From: Octopus vulgaris
Lineage: Eukaryota
DNA: 64,000 nt
Assembly (NCBI GenBank): GCA_951406725.2
Contig: OX597817.1
Span: 57,474,001 to 57,538,000 of the forward strand
Direction of reading: 5' to 3'
The notes under the pieces were generated by a model. It saw only the letters and a list, made by a program, of their open reading frames with translations. It was not told the DNA's origin and ran no database searches. This document shows positions 1 through 12,341 of the stretch, piece after piece (position 1 is the stretch's first letter; each line of letters begins with the position of its first letter). Both the position numbers and the translations under genes were made by a program.

Positions 1-331
1 TTAACAGCAGCTAATTAACGAAGCCTTGCTGTGGAATTTCTCTCGCATTAGAAAGCTAATTATACAAATATGTGTACACACCTGTGGAAGATGTGTGTGC
101 ATGTGTGTATGTGTGTGGTTTTACATTCCTTTGTGTGTACGGACATGAGTTAATGCCAACAACACTGATGTATGTGCTTATAGACATGCAGTGAAAATGT
201 GTACGTACACGTAGGTTTACATATGCAGAAATTAGTATAGTAACATGGTTGGGTTTGTGTGAGGATATACATTGTACATATGTGTGTATGTATGTATCTA
301 TTATATATATATATATATATATGCATATACA

Positions 332-495
332 TTTTTTTTTCTCTCCTTGTTTTTTTCTGTGTCCCTTTCTGTAGAAGAGCGTAGGCTCGAAACGTAAAAG
401 ACTTTTTTCTATTCCTGAGCGTTATACTAATATATCTGTTTGTTTTGTACACCACCTGTCTTCGTCTTTTGTTTTTTTTTTTCGTAAACTCTCCC
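332..495 (+). mobile_element. Short non-autonomous Penelope-like terminal repeat carrying a hammerhead-like motif; other copies ~33293-33448(+), 37024-37187(+), 37405-37562(+), 38575-38715(-)
   Basis: Five alignable copies, each abutting (TA)n or similar microsatellite. Confidence 0.6.
361..402 (+). ncRNA. Minimal hammerhead-like motif, A6U core variant, in a ~165-bp repeat
   Basis: GUCC CUUU CUGUAGA A GAGC GUAG GCUC GAAA C GUA AAAG AC. Confidence 0.55.
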
Positions 496-936
496 TATAT
501 ATATATCCAAACACATGCACACACACAGATTGGAAATATATGCACATGAGCACACATTTGTACCTCTAAGCGAGCATGTGTCTGTATATGTATATACATA
601 CACGTATAAGTGAAGTGTGGCACAGTCATCGTTGCTTAACATCCACTTTTCCATGCTTGCATGGGTCAGACTATGCATGTATCTGTGTTTATGTGTGAAA
701 GTATGTAAGTACATACCAAAAGCTTATGGTAGAGGCTGTCAAAGGATCTAATATTGTGCTGAATCTATTAATTCCAGCATTAAATATCAGCATACCAACT
801 TCAGGCTATTTCTATGCATAATACAGCATCAACCTGACTTAATCTCACTTCCTGAGTGTGTACTATTAGATTTGAAAACGAATTATATAACCAGATTATA
901 GCAGATTATAATAATTCTCTTCTTGTAGCAGCATGG

Positions 937-980
<44 letters not shown>

Positions 981-1020
981 CATACATATATGCATATGTA
1001 TGTATATCTATACATACATA

Positions 1021-1212
1021 TCTTTTATTGTTAACTTATTTCAGTCATTAGACTGAGGCCATGCTGGGGCACCACTTTGAAGAATTTTAGTCAAACTGAC
1101 TGCAGTAATTATTCTATTAGTCTCTTTTGCCAAACCGCTATGTTACAGGGATGTAAACACACCAACATCAGTTGTCAAGTGATGTTGGGGGGACAAACAC
1201 ATACATTAATAC

Positions 1213-1279
<67 letters not shown>

Positions 1280-1428
1280 ACAAACTTCTTTCAGTTTCTG
1301 TCTACCAAATCCACTCACAAGGCTTTGATCAGCCCAAGGCTAGAGTAGAAGTCACTTGCAGTGGATCTGAACCCAGAACCATGTGGTTGGTAAGCAAGCT
1401 ACTTACCACACAGCGATGCCTGCACCTA
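1021..1428 (-). mobile_element. tRNA-derived SINE family A (internal TA/CA microsatellite, tail GAAACAAGTAAAAG); other copies ~6975-7300, 11345-11750, 15213-15680, 16597-16958, 20366-21001, 23085-23420, 29515-29680, 33535-33918, 47915-48472, 55715-56710
   Basis: Repeated tRNA-like head TGGCTGTGTGGTAAG...GGTTCARTCCC and body GTGAGTGGATTTGGTAGACGGAAACTGAAAGAAGCC. Confidence 0.85.
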
Positions 1429-4400
1429 TGTGTCTTGCAACCTTTTCAATAGTCAAGACTATTGAAAAAGTTGCAAGACAACGAAAATTTTAGGAAAATA
1501 AAAATAAGGGGAAATTTTACCAGTAACTGTGTTACATTCTAAGGCACAAAAAGAAAATGACTCTCCCCAGACGCAACAGAATATGCTTCAACACATGAAC
1601 TCATATAAAGAATCTTGCAAACCAAATCCCAAAACGATATATATATACACATACACACATTATATATGTAAGGAAAAGCTACCATCTAGGTGTCTAAACA
1701 CCCAGGATATAGTCTTTTGTACAGACATTATAGTCTTACTTTTGAAACAGTGTATACAGAAAAAACAGGCTGGGGAGGGGAGTGGGTGAATGAGGGACGA
1801 ATGGACCTTCATGTGAGAGCAAAATGTTGACTACATTATCAGATCAATGGACTGATAGTAAAGGTAGGTGTGTGTCTAGAGGGAGTAGAGGTGGTAGTAG
1901 AGAGCACAGTTGTTGATGGCATTGGTGGTGGTGGTGGTGATGGTGCCAGGAGATGAAAATGGACTGATCAGCATTATTATTATCATCAGAGCTGTGTGCT
2001 ACAGTCGGAGAATATATATACAGAGCAGTGATGGTGCCAGGGGGAGTAGTGACGGTGAGGATGGAGGTGGAACCAAAGAATAAGCACCAACCAATGCTGT
2101 CCTATGATGGGAGGTTATGTTTATTATTGTTAAATCTTGTTTTTTTCATTATTATTAATTTTTAATTATTATTATAATTATTATTATTGCATTTCTTCCG
2201 ACTTCACATTCTGAGTTCAAAGCTGGTGCTGACTCTGCCGTTCTTCCTTTTAGGTTAAATAAAGTACCAGCCAAGCATTGGGGGGGGATGCAATCAACTA
2301 CCTTCCTCCTGAAAAATTTCAGGCCTTGTGCCTATAGTAGAAAAGATTATTGTTCAGCCCCAGGTCAGTCCCAACGGAGTAGAACTGTGATCACAGGTGT
2401 CCTAGCTGTAACAATTCCATCTTTCTCTATATCTATATCAAGAATTTCATTATCCAATGCAGCCTTCTTTTTTCACAACAGTAGGATGCAATTTAAGGTA
2501 GATTTGGCTGCTATTTCTAGCACACTGAATGGCGATACAGAGGTTCTCTTCTGTTGGATGGAATAAGTAAATGGAGGATTGTGGTGGGAGTATACAGGGA
2601 GTTGTAGTGGGAGTATACAGGGAGTGGTAGTGAGAGTATAAGACAGTGGGGAGAGGATCAAAATGCAATGGGGAAGGGAGGTGGAAAATAATCACTGTCA
2701 ATGGTTGCTGTTTTTTTTTATAATGGAACTACTTGGAGGGGGAGGGGTAAACAAGAGTGGTGGTGGGAGAGGTTAAATAGAAAAAAGGGAGAAACAGATT
2801 CCTCCTACCACTCCCATCACCATAACAACAAACAACAGGTATGACAAAGTGATATAAAAAGGAGAATAAAAAGAAAATGTGAAGGTGACAGTGACAGTGG
2901 GAGGGAAGTCATAATGAGATGTAGTGGGAGGTAAAGAAGTATGCATCATCACAACAGGAGGAAGGAGAGGAGGAGTGCAGTGGATTGAGGGAGGTGGGGA
3001 GTAGCCAATAAGGAGCAGGGGGGGAAGGAGATAAAGCATCATCACAATCATCATCATCATCAATAGCAAGAAGTGATGAAGTCATTTTATCACACAGAAT
3101 CTAGTAAATGTGCGATTGAGAGATTTTGATGGAGATGGGGAGCAGAGAGAGAGAGACAGAGATGGGGAGGAGAGAGAGAGATGGGGAGCAGACAGAGAGA
3201 GAGAGAGAGAGAGAGAGAAGTTATTTCATCACAACACCTAGTAAATTGCTTGATAAAATGTTTGATAGAGGGGAGATAGGGAGAGAGAGAGATAGAGAGA
3301 GACAAAGAGTGAGAGAGAGAGAGAGAAAGAGTGAGAGAAACAAAGAGAACAGAGAAAGGATGAGTAGATGGGGACAGAAAAAGAGAATGAAGAAAAAGGA
3401 GACCAATAGGATTCCAATTTACTCCGAAGTCCCAGGACAAACATCCTCAACACGGGTGTGACACTAAAAGTGAGGGAGACAAAGGTGGGGGAGAGAAAGT
3501 GGTTCTGATCAAAGAAAGAAGAGAAAATAAGATGGGACAACAAAATATCATCAGACAGTGGTTTGTTGTTGTTGCTGTTATAAGCAACCATCACATCACT
3601 TAACACCAGATTCAGGAAACAGACAAGAGGTTCCAGCTATGACCACCGTTTTTAGCTCCAAGGCAACTGGGACAACATCAAGTAGTTTGTCATTAAGTGG
3701 TGTGTGATTCGAGGCAAATTTTTCTGCTATTTCTAGCAGCTCAAGCAACCACATAGCAGCACACTCAAGACTTGCTGACATGAATGGTACAGTGGATTCT
3801 CTATACTTCTATAGACATAGAGATATTATGAATATCACCATTTGTTTTCCATGCTGTCATAGACTGAGTCACCATTCTCCTATCTCCCCCACCACCACAA
3901 GCACTGCCCATTCAGTGGGAGTGCTCATCTTGCTTGCGTGTTTCATTTTTGGCATGGTTTCTATTGCTTGGATGCCCTGCCTAACACCAACCACTTTACA
4001 GAATGAGAATCATGAACGATATAAGCTGACTTCACGTTCAGTCTTCCTGGAGGACAACTCAGGCAACTGACAGCCATTAGAGCACAGGGCCAAGCGAAAC
4101 CTTGCAAGTGGATTTCGTTGGTTGACAGAAACTGAAATATGCCCTTTGTGTGTGTACACACACACACACACAGACACGTGAAGGTGCATGGCTTAGTGGT
4201 TAGTATGTTGCACTCACGATTGCAAGATTGTGGGTTCAATTCCCAGACTGAGCGTTGCTTTGTGTTCTTGAGCAAAGCACTTCGTTTCATGTTGCGCTGC
4301 GACCATTTCATCATCTGACATGTGGCACCTGTTGCACCTGTATAAGTAATGTCGATTTGATGGAGGGAGTGAGCTTATGCGAACACAAACATTTGATCAC

Positions 4401-4675
4401 TATAAACAAATCATTTGTGTGACTGTTCGGCAAGAAATTGCCAAACCATCATACATCATCTAACAACAGGAGAGTCCATCATCATCATCACCATATATAT
4501 ATATATATCTTATATTAAATTTTTTTTTCTATATGGTATAATTTAATTATTTCATTGTTGAATTGATAAAAGGTAGGTTTTTTTCTAATTAGATACATAT
4601 ATTATATTTTGTGAAATTTGATTTAGTATTACTAAATTGAATTTTTCCCTGTAAATTTGGAATAATATTCCCTAA

Positions 4676-4712
<37 letters not shown>

Positions 4713-5530
4713 TATACACACACACAACTATCTTTGTCCTTCTATCATACTCTAGATGTGTGTCATGTGTCTCCTTGTATTGACATTGGTTGATTGCTGT
4801 AAATGAATGCTAATCCTTTCCTATATTCTGAAAACATGTCTGGCCACAGGGAAATATCGGCTGGAAATAGAAAGGGCATCCAGCTGTAGAAAATCTACCT
4901 CAATAGCTCCATCCGACCCATGCAAGAACAGAAAAGTGGATGTTATGACATTTTGTACTTACAGTATTTGGAGCTAATTGTCCTTGAAGCAGTTGACATA
5001 TTTTTAATCAAGTTGACTGGAGTAACATGAAATGCATTGCCTAAGGACACACTGTTGTCTGACCCAAATACTGAATCTGTGATCTCCTTATTATGAGTGC
5101 TACGACCTAACCACAAGGCCACACTCTTCAAGACTGCATGTGTACACACACAAATAATTACACAAGATACAACAGACAACTCAAACACCAAAACCCAGAG
5201 TACACTGCGTAGAAGTGATCATCTTAAATATAAAATTAGAAGCAATGAATTAATGTAGTTAGAAGGAACAACCACAGTTTGTAGTAGTTATCTAAAGAGG
5301 CAGGTGACCATCTAACTGTGGAAGGCTGGTCATCTGGCTTGGAGTCTAATGAACCAAAGCCTACAGCAGGTTAGGTTTATGCAGCCAAAGGAAATCTAAA
5401 CAGCAGTCTTAATCAATGTGAAAACAACTTGTCGGCATTATGTTTGAGAGTCAACGCAACATGTGTTTGAGCAAGCAGACTGTTTCTCTCTCACTTTCTC
5501 TGTGTGTGTGTATATGTGTGTATGTATGCA

Positions 5531-5575
<45 letters not shown>

Positions 5576-5734
5576 GTGGGGGGTAAAGTGAGCCACAGCT
5601 GACAGTGTAACTAGTAAAAGAAAAACTGTTCAAAGGCGATAGAGAGAAAGAAATGCGATAAAAGAGAAGCAGAGAAAAGTGAAGACTGTGAAACCAAGTG
5701 GCAGTAGAAGGTAGACAGTAGGAATGTATAGGTA

Positions 5735-6270
5735 GACAGAGTGAAGTAAGGAGACAGTGGAGGTAGGGAGGTAGAGAGCGGAGGTAGGGAGACGGACAGC
5801 GGAATTACGGAGATGGACAGTGGAGGTAGGGAGATGGACAGCAGAGGTAGGGAGATGGACAGCGGAGGTAGGGAGATGGACATCAGAGATAGGGAGACAG
5901 TGGAGGTAGGAAGAGGACAGTGAAGGTAGGGAGATGGACAGCGGAGGTAGGGAGATGGACATCAGAGATAGGGAGACAGTGGAGGTAGGAAGAGGACAGT
6001 TGAAGTAGGGAGATGGACAGCGGAGGTAGGGAGATGGACATCAGAGATAGGGAGACAGTGGAGGTAGGAAGAGGACAGTGGAAGTAGGGAGATGGACAGC
6101 GGAGGTAGGGAGATAGTGGAGGTAGAGAGACAGTGGAGGTAGGTAGAGAGACAGTGGAGGTAGGGAGATGGACAGCAGAGGTAGGGAGATGGACAGTGGA
6201 GGTAGGGAGACAGACAGTGAAAGTAGGGAGACAGACAGTGAAAGTAGGGAGACACACTGACAGAGGAGGT
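5735..6270. repeat. Purine-rich minisatellite, ~21-bp unit with 79-bp higher-order repeat
   Basis: GGTAGGGAGATGGACAGYGGA units; CATCAGAGATAGGG recurs at 5881, 5960 and 6039. Confidence 0.9.
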
Positions 6271-7374
6271 AGGTAAGAAGATAAGATACAACAGAGGTAT
6301 GTGGGAAAGCACAGAGTGACATCATCTCTACACAGCGCTTTGCTTCAGAAAGCAAAATGGAGTGAGTCAATAGTGAATGGTTGGCTGGCTGGCTGGTTGG
6401 ACAACAGGGTCAGAGCGAGTGTGTGCATGTCTGCATGCACACATAGACGTGCATAAATATACAGAAGTATACATAGGTATATATGTGCAATGGAATTGAG
6501 AAAGAAGCATAAATACTTAGACATGCGTATATATGTGAATGCGAGTATGTGGGAGTGCATGTCAGACAGACAGATGATACTGTGTGCATGCATACATGTG
6601 TGTGTGTGTGTATCTTTAAGATACAAAATGAGAGTGACACACACACACAGACAGACATTTATGTATGAGAGAAGAGATGGGGGTGGTGGAGGGAGAGAGC
6701 ATGAAAGTGTTTGTTTATATTTTCAACAGTTGACATATTTCTAAGTCACAACTAACAATGACAGCAGCTATTATAGTGGAATGTGTGTGTGTGTGTATGA
6801 AAAGAATTTCTGTGTGTATAACATTTGTAGCGACAGCAGCAGAAAATGAAACTAATGTGTCAAAATAACAATAATATATCAGATTTTTTTTACCACATGT
6901 TTAGATTACTTCTTTACCACATGTTTAGACTACTTCAGACCAATTTTAGTGATTCAGAAGAATCTATGGGAAAACTGATTCCAGTAGGATTTGCACCTTG
7001 CATGACACCTTGGGCAAGTGTCTTCTACTATAGCCTCAGGCCGACCAAAGCCTTGTGAGTGGATTTGGTAGACAGAAACAGAAAGAATCCCGTCATATAT
7101 GTGTATATGTGTGTGTCTGTGTTTGTCACCCCCATCATTGCTTACATCTCTGTAACTTAGTAGTTTGGCCAAAGACTGTGAGAGAATATGTATTGGGCTT
7201 ACAAAGTCCTGGGGTCAATTTGTTTGACTAAAAAACACTTTCAGGGGGTGCTCCAGCATGGCTGCAGTCAAATGACAGAAACAAGTAAAAGAAAAGAATA
7301 TAGCAATTAAAAGGCTGATGATGATGATGATGATGATGATGTGTGGGTGTACACATGTGTATACATGTGTAATA

Positions 7375-8050
7375 GGATGGCTTCATGAATCAGTATGGGA
7401 GAGGAGAAGCAAAGGGCTGGTCACCGAGTTGAAGGTGTACCAAGCACTTGTACTGCTTTGACTACTTTATGCCAGTGAGACTTGGATAGTTTATGAACAC
7501 CACACCAAAGAGCTAAATTGCTTCCACCTGAACTACCTGAGAAAGCTGTTGAAAATCACCCGGCAAAACAAAGTCCCAGGCATGGAGATCCTCTCTCAAA
7601 CTGATTTACCAAGCATTTATACACTGCTGAGAAGAGTGCAAGTCAGGTGGGCAGGCCACCTTGTTTGACTGCCTGACATACGACTCCCCCAAGAGATTGT
7701 TTTACAGTGAACAGGCAGAAGGCAAGCACATGCAAGGTGGACAGATAAAGTATTTCAAGGATATATTCAAAGCCTCACTCAAGAGCTTTGAGATCAACCT
7801 TGACACTCGGGGAAAATGCAAGCACAAGACCACCCCTGCCTGGTGAAGTTGCACCAACAGAGATGTTATCTCCTATGAACAGGATTGTGAAGGCACAAAG
7901 AAAACACAAACTGCAGAAGTCCAGAATCAGTGACCAACCTGTGGCAGAGCCTTCTGAGCATACCTCGGACTGATTGGCCACAGTTGGACACACTGGACCC
8001 AGTCTTCTCCCATGTAAAGTCCTTGGTCATCACTGACAGTGACAGATGAA
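7375..8050 (+). mobile_element. Degraded RTE-clade LINE 3' fragment
   Basis: Frameshifted peptides LLYASETW, LRKLLKI, VRWAGHL, PKRLFYSE...QGGQIKYFKDIFKASLK typical of RTE C-termini. Confidence 0.8.
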
Positions 8051-8064
8051 CTAATAATAAAAAT

Positions 8065-8433
8065 AACAAGAGCACTCAGAGGGCACAAACCTCCACCAAG
8101 GCAACACCAATGTCCTCTCAACGATTAGCCAAAGATGATTTTTAAAATGAGAATATCTGAAATGAACTCTACTGCCCTCACAAACAAGAATACTGATAAT
8201 AAAGCCGACCACTCTCAAAAATGAAGTAAAAAAACAGGTAAAATAATCCAGAATCCTTGTCCGGCACCGGATCTATCCCAAAATCTAATCAGTTCATGCC
8301 AGTCACGAGGCCAAACATACCTGAAAGTTTCATCTGAATCCATCCAGTGGTTCTTGAGATATCTTGTCCACAAACAAACAAGCAAACAAACATGACTGAA
8401 AACAAGACTTCTGCCTTCACTAAGGCAGAGTTA

Positions 8434-8440
<7 letters not shown>
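8065..8440 (-). mobile_element. Helentron/DINE-like non-autonomous element
   Basis: Reverse-complement copy of 41801-42160. Confidence 0.65.
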
Positions 8441-8468
<28 letters not shown>

Positions 8469-9513
8469 AAGCTTTGTGACTCAATTTGGTAGATAGAAAT
8501 TGAAACATACATACATGTGTGTGTGTATGTATGTGAGTGGGTGTATTATGTATTTCTGTTTGTTCCCCACCATTGCTTGACAACCAATATTGGTTTGTTT
8601 ATTGTCTCTATAACTTAACAGTTTGGCAAAAAGAGATGGACAGAATATGTCCCAGACTTTAGAGAAAGAACAATTGGGTTGATTTGTTTGACTAAAACCC
8701 TACAAGTTGGTGCTCCAGCATGGCCACAGTCTAATGACTGAAATACAGAAAAGGAAAAAAGATAAAGAGGAGAGTGTGTGTGAAAGAAAGAGACTGAATT
8801 AATGTCGAAACGTTCCAAGATGTGGGTCAATTTTGCATCTAGGAAGTTGAAATTTTGCATTGTTTCAAAGACTGACATTTTCCTATGTTAACTAAAAATG
8901 GAATTTCTTGGTTGCAACAGTTCTAGATGCAACTGATGAGTAATAAGGTTTTGCTTCAATGTTACAGAATATATCTACAGATTTTAGCTTGCACTGTGAT
9001 AGATTTAAACAATGTGTCTTTTCAAATAGAATATCTCTGTGCACAGAAAAACAGAGATCAGCCCAAGATTTCATTAGCAACTGAGTACCCACTTTAATTA
9101 TCCATGGAGACACTGCTTATAAACTCACTACTAATAATAGCCAATTCAAATTAAATTGGCCGATTTGCATAAATGACACATTCAAGGCAGCTAACTTGAT
9201 TAACAAATTATTAGGGTGTAACAATGTTTTGTTTCAATGCTGCAGAGTACTAGAGAATATAGCTATAAATTTTAGCCAACATTATGTAACAAACATGTAA
9301 ACATATCTTTATATGCAATATCTCTGTGGACAGAAAAAGAGGATCAGCCAGATAAGTTTCAATCCTGTATTGGGATTTATCAACGGAAAACTCTTTTTGG
9401 CTTCTGAGACACTACTTATAAAGCTACTATTATTGAACGTTTATGGTCATTGTATATAAAAACAAAATTCCTATATTACCTATTACACAGAGTTGGCTAA
9501 AATCTTTAGATAT

Positions 9514-9900
9514 ATAGTAGAACCTCGGAGTACAAGTGCCTCATTGTATGAGTAATTTGCTGTACAAGCTGAGACTCGTGCAAATTTTTGTGTTGAAGTA
9601 TGAGTGGAAATCTGCAGTATGAGCACACAAATCGTCCCATCTTTAAATCAATTCAGTTAATAAAACCAGTTTACATATTTTTTTTGCATTCTCATTTTTA
9701 TATTTGTCATTTTACTTGTAACTACACCTTTTCTATTTTAAAACCCATAAAAAATTACTTTTGACTGGTTTTGGTGGGTTGGAACAGATTAATTATATTT
9801 TAGTTAATTTTAATGAGAAAATTGATTTGTGAAACAAGTAAATCGTAAGACAAGTTTGGTCATGGGATGAATTAAACTCATACTGCAAGATATCACTGTA
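9514..9900. mobile_element. Degraded Tigger/pogo-like MITE
   Basis: Ends TATAGTAGAACCTCGGAGTAC and ATACTGCAAGATATCACTGTA are imperfect inverted repeats with TA flanks. Confidence 0.5.
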
Positions 9901-12007
9901 TATATTTTTAGTACAGTAGAGCAACTGAAGATTGTCAGCATTTTTTGTTTTTAACCCATCACAAATAATGTGAATTTATGTAATTGTACATATTTCAGGT
10001 TTTAATAAAGCTGGACAAGGCTGAATGCTGCTACAACTGCAATTTAACCTCAATTGTAACCCAACACCATCAAAGTTGGTCATTCTTATATAAAGACTGC
10101 TGCTACTAAAATGTTAATATTCTACCGAACAATAACTGAGCTATTGACTTATGTCAACATCCACCCTAACGTGTGATACTCAATACAAGGATCTGATGTG
10201 AATACATTACATCACATTGTTACCAAAGTGTCGCAAGCATCCTGTTAACTTCCTGTCCAAACATATCAACCCAAGTGGAAAGAAAATAGCCGATGTCGTT
10301 TTCACAACATTAATACCATGTAATCTGAGCTGACCAATGGTGGTTTCACACCTAGAAGTTATCTTGAATTTCTCACACATTTTTAACATCTGATGAGTGT
10401 GATGGCATTTGCATGCACATGAAACTTTAAGTTTGGAGTGAAGTGAAACATATATTTGAAAGTTAATTACACAGTATAAAGAGTTCTCAATACATGCTGT
10501 AGAGTGAAATACATGTAAATTAATATTCTCTGTTATAGAAACTGCAATGGTTTCATGTTTTGAATACTCCAATTTGTCAGTCAATGGCAATTTATCTGAT
10601 GACTGCTTAATTATTTAATTAAGTATGAAACTCAGACTTACCATGAATTTTCCATAACAGATTCTATAATAAGTAATACAGTCTGTTACAGAAAATACAA
10701 ACAATACATGTTAAGTCTGAGGTTTATATATATATATATTATTGTGTCTTAAGAGACATCATTGTTCCAATGCCTTATTGATTTACACACCACCAGTTCG
10801 ATTTGCATTCATTTACTTATTTATTTTTTCCTAAAATTTTGGAGGTTGCAAGAAGCAACAAAAATTTCAGAAAAATAAATAAATAAATGAGTGGAAATCA
10901 AACCATTGAACATGTTAATTAATAAGGCATTAAAATAGAATGATTCTCCCCAGACACAATAAAATATGCTTCAACACACAAATTCACAAAGAATCTTGCA
11001 AACCAAATACAAAAACGAAATGTATACATCATCATCCAGTGTTTTAAATCCAGGTTTTGTCCCCATTAATAGGGGCGTCCGGATCTACCTCAATGCCATA
11101 GCAACTGAGGCAGGCAAGAGCAGCCCACCCCCAACCCTTGGGCTCGTTTGCTATCCTGAGGCTTTTTTGGAGCTGGATTTTCTACAGGGAGCAAAGCCCT
11201 TGCTTACCCCCAGCCTCAGTTTCTAGATATGAGTGGTCCCAAGACCATGGTCTCTACCAAGAAATGAGGTGAAAAACTAGCTCAGGAAGGCAGAGACGCT
11301 ACTCCCTGAGACCCCTTTCGGAGCCCCCCTCCCAACCTATATATTCTTTCTTTTATTCTTTACTTGTTTCAGTCATTTAACTGCAGCCATGCTGGAGCAC
11401 CGCTTTTAGTTGAACAAATCAACCCCAGGACTTCTTTGTATATCACTAACTTATTCTATCAGTTCCTTTTATTGAACCACTAAGTTACAGGGACATAAAT
11501 ACAACCAACATCAGTTGTCAAGCAATGGAGGGGGACAAACACAGACACACAAATACATACATACATACATATATATACACACACACACACGATAGGCTTC
11601 TTCCAGTTTCCGTCTATCAAATCCACTCACAAGGCTTTGGTCGGCTTGAGGCTATAGAAGACATTTGCTCAAGGTGCCACGCAGTGGGACTGAACCCAGA
11701 ACCATGTGATTGGGAAGCAAGCTTCTTACGACAGAGCCACTCCTGCACCTCCACACACACACATATATGAATGAATGTATGATATGTTGTTCTGATTGAG
11801 AAAGTTCCAGATATACTCCTTCAGTCAATTTAATAGATTAATTTAAAATATTGTCAATAGTCGTAGCTGGCTGGCATGGTACCCAAAAGTGAAATCAAGA
11901 GAGATAACTGTTTCTATAGATAACTAGCTCTAATCATGACACCTGCTCCTATCTAATAAACTGTTATAGACCATGTGTGTGAGCATGTATGTACGTGTGT
12001 GTGTGTG

Positions 12008-12309
12008 GAGGTGCAATGGCCCAGTGGTTAGGGCAGTGGACTCGCGGTTGTAGGATTGCGATTCCCAGACCGGGCGTTGTGAGTGTTTATTGAGCGAAAA
12101 ATACCTAAAGCCCCACGAGGCTCCGGCAGGGGGTGGTGGCGATCCCTGCTGTACTCTTTCGCCACAACTTTCTCTCATTCTTTCTTTCGTTGCCTGCTCG
12201 TTTAGCCAGTGGGGTGGCGTCATTTGAAGGCTAAAACAATGCAAAGCGCATTGTGACCAGCGATGTCTAGCAACATCTGATAACCTGGTCGGTCACAGTG
12301 ATCACGGTG

Positions 12310-12310
<1 letters not shown>
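12008..12310 (+). mobile_element. tRNA-derived SINE family E; inverted copy at ~12925-13133
   Basis: GGAGGTGCAATGGCCCAGTGGTTAGGG head; reverse complement present at 13110-13133. Confidence 0.75.

Positions 12311-12341
<31 letters not shown>

Noticed and set aside
1529-1789. LLKQCIQK resembling the ORD motif ILKQCIGK
   Set aside because: Wrong strand for the host gene, no flanking ORD similarity, and the ORF starts in a repeat.
5735-6270. CRISPR-like array
   Set aside because: Tandem units without unique spacers, in eukaryotic context.
10642-10655. Micro first exon ATG GAA AAT TCA TG|GTAAGT
   Set aside because: The donor lies within one arm of a fold-back element and is likely incidental.
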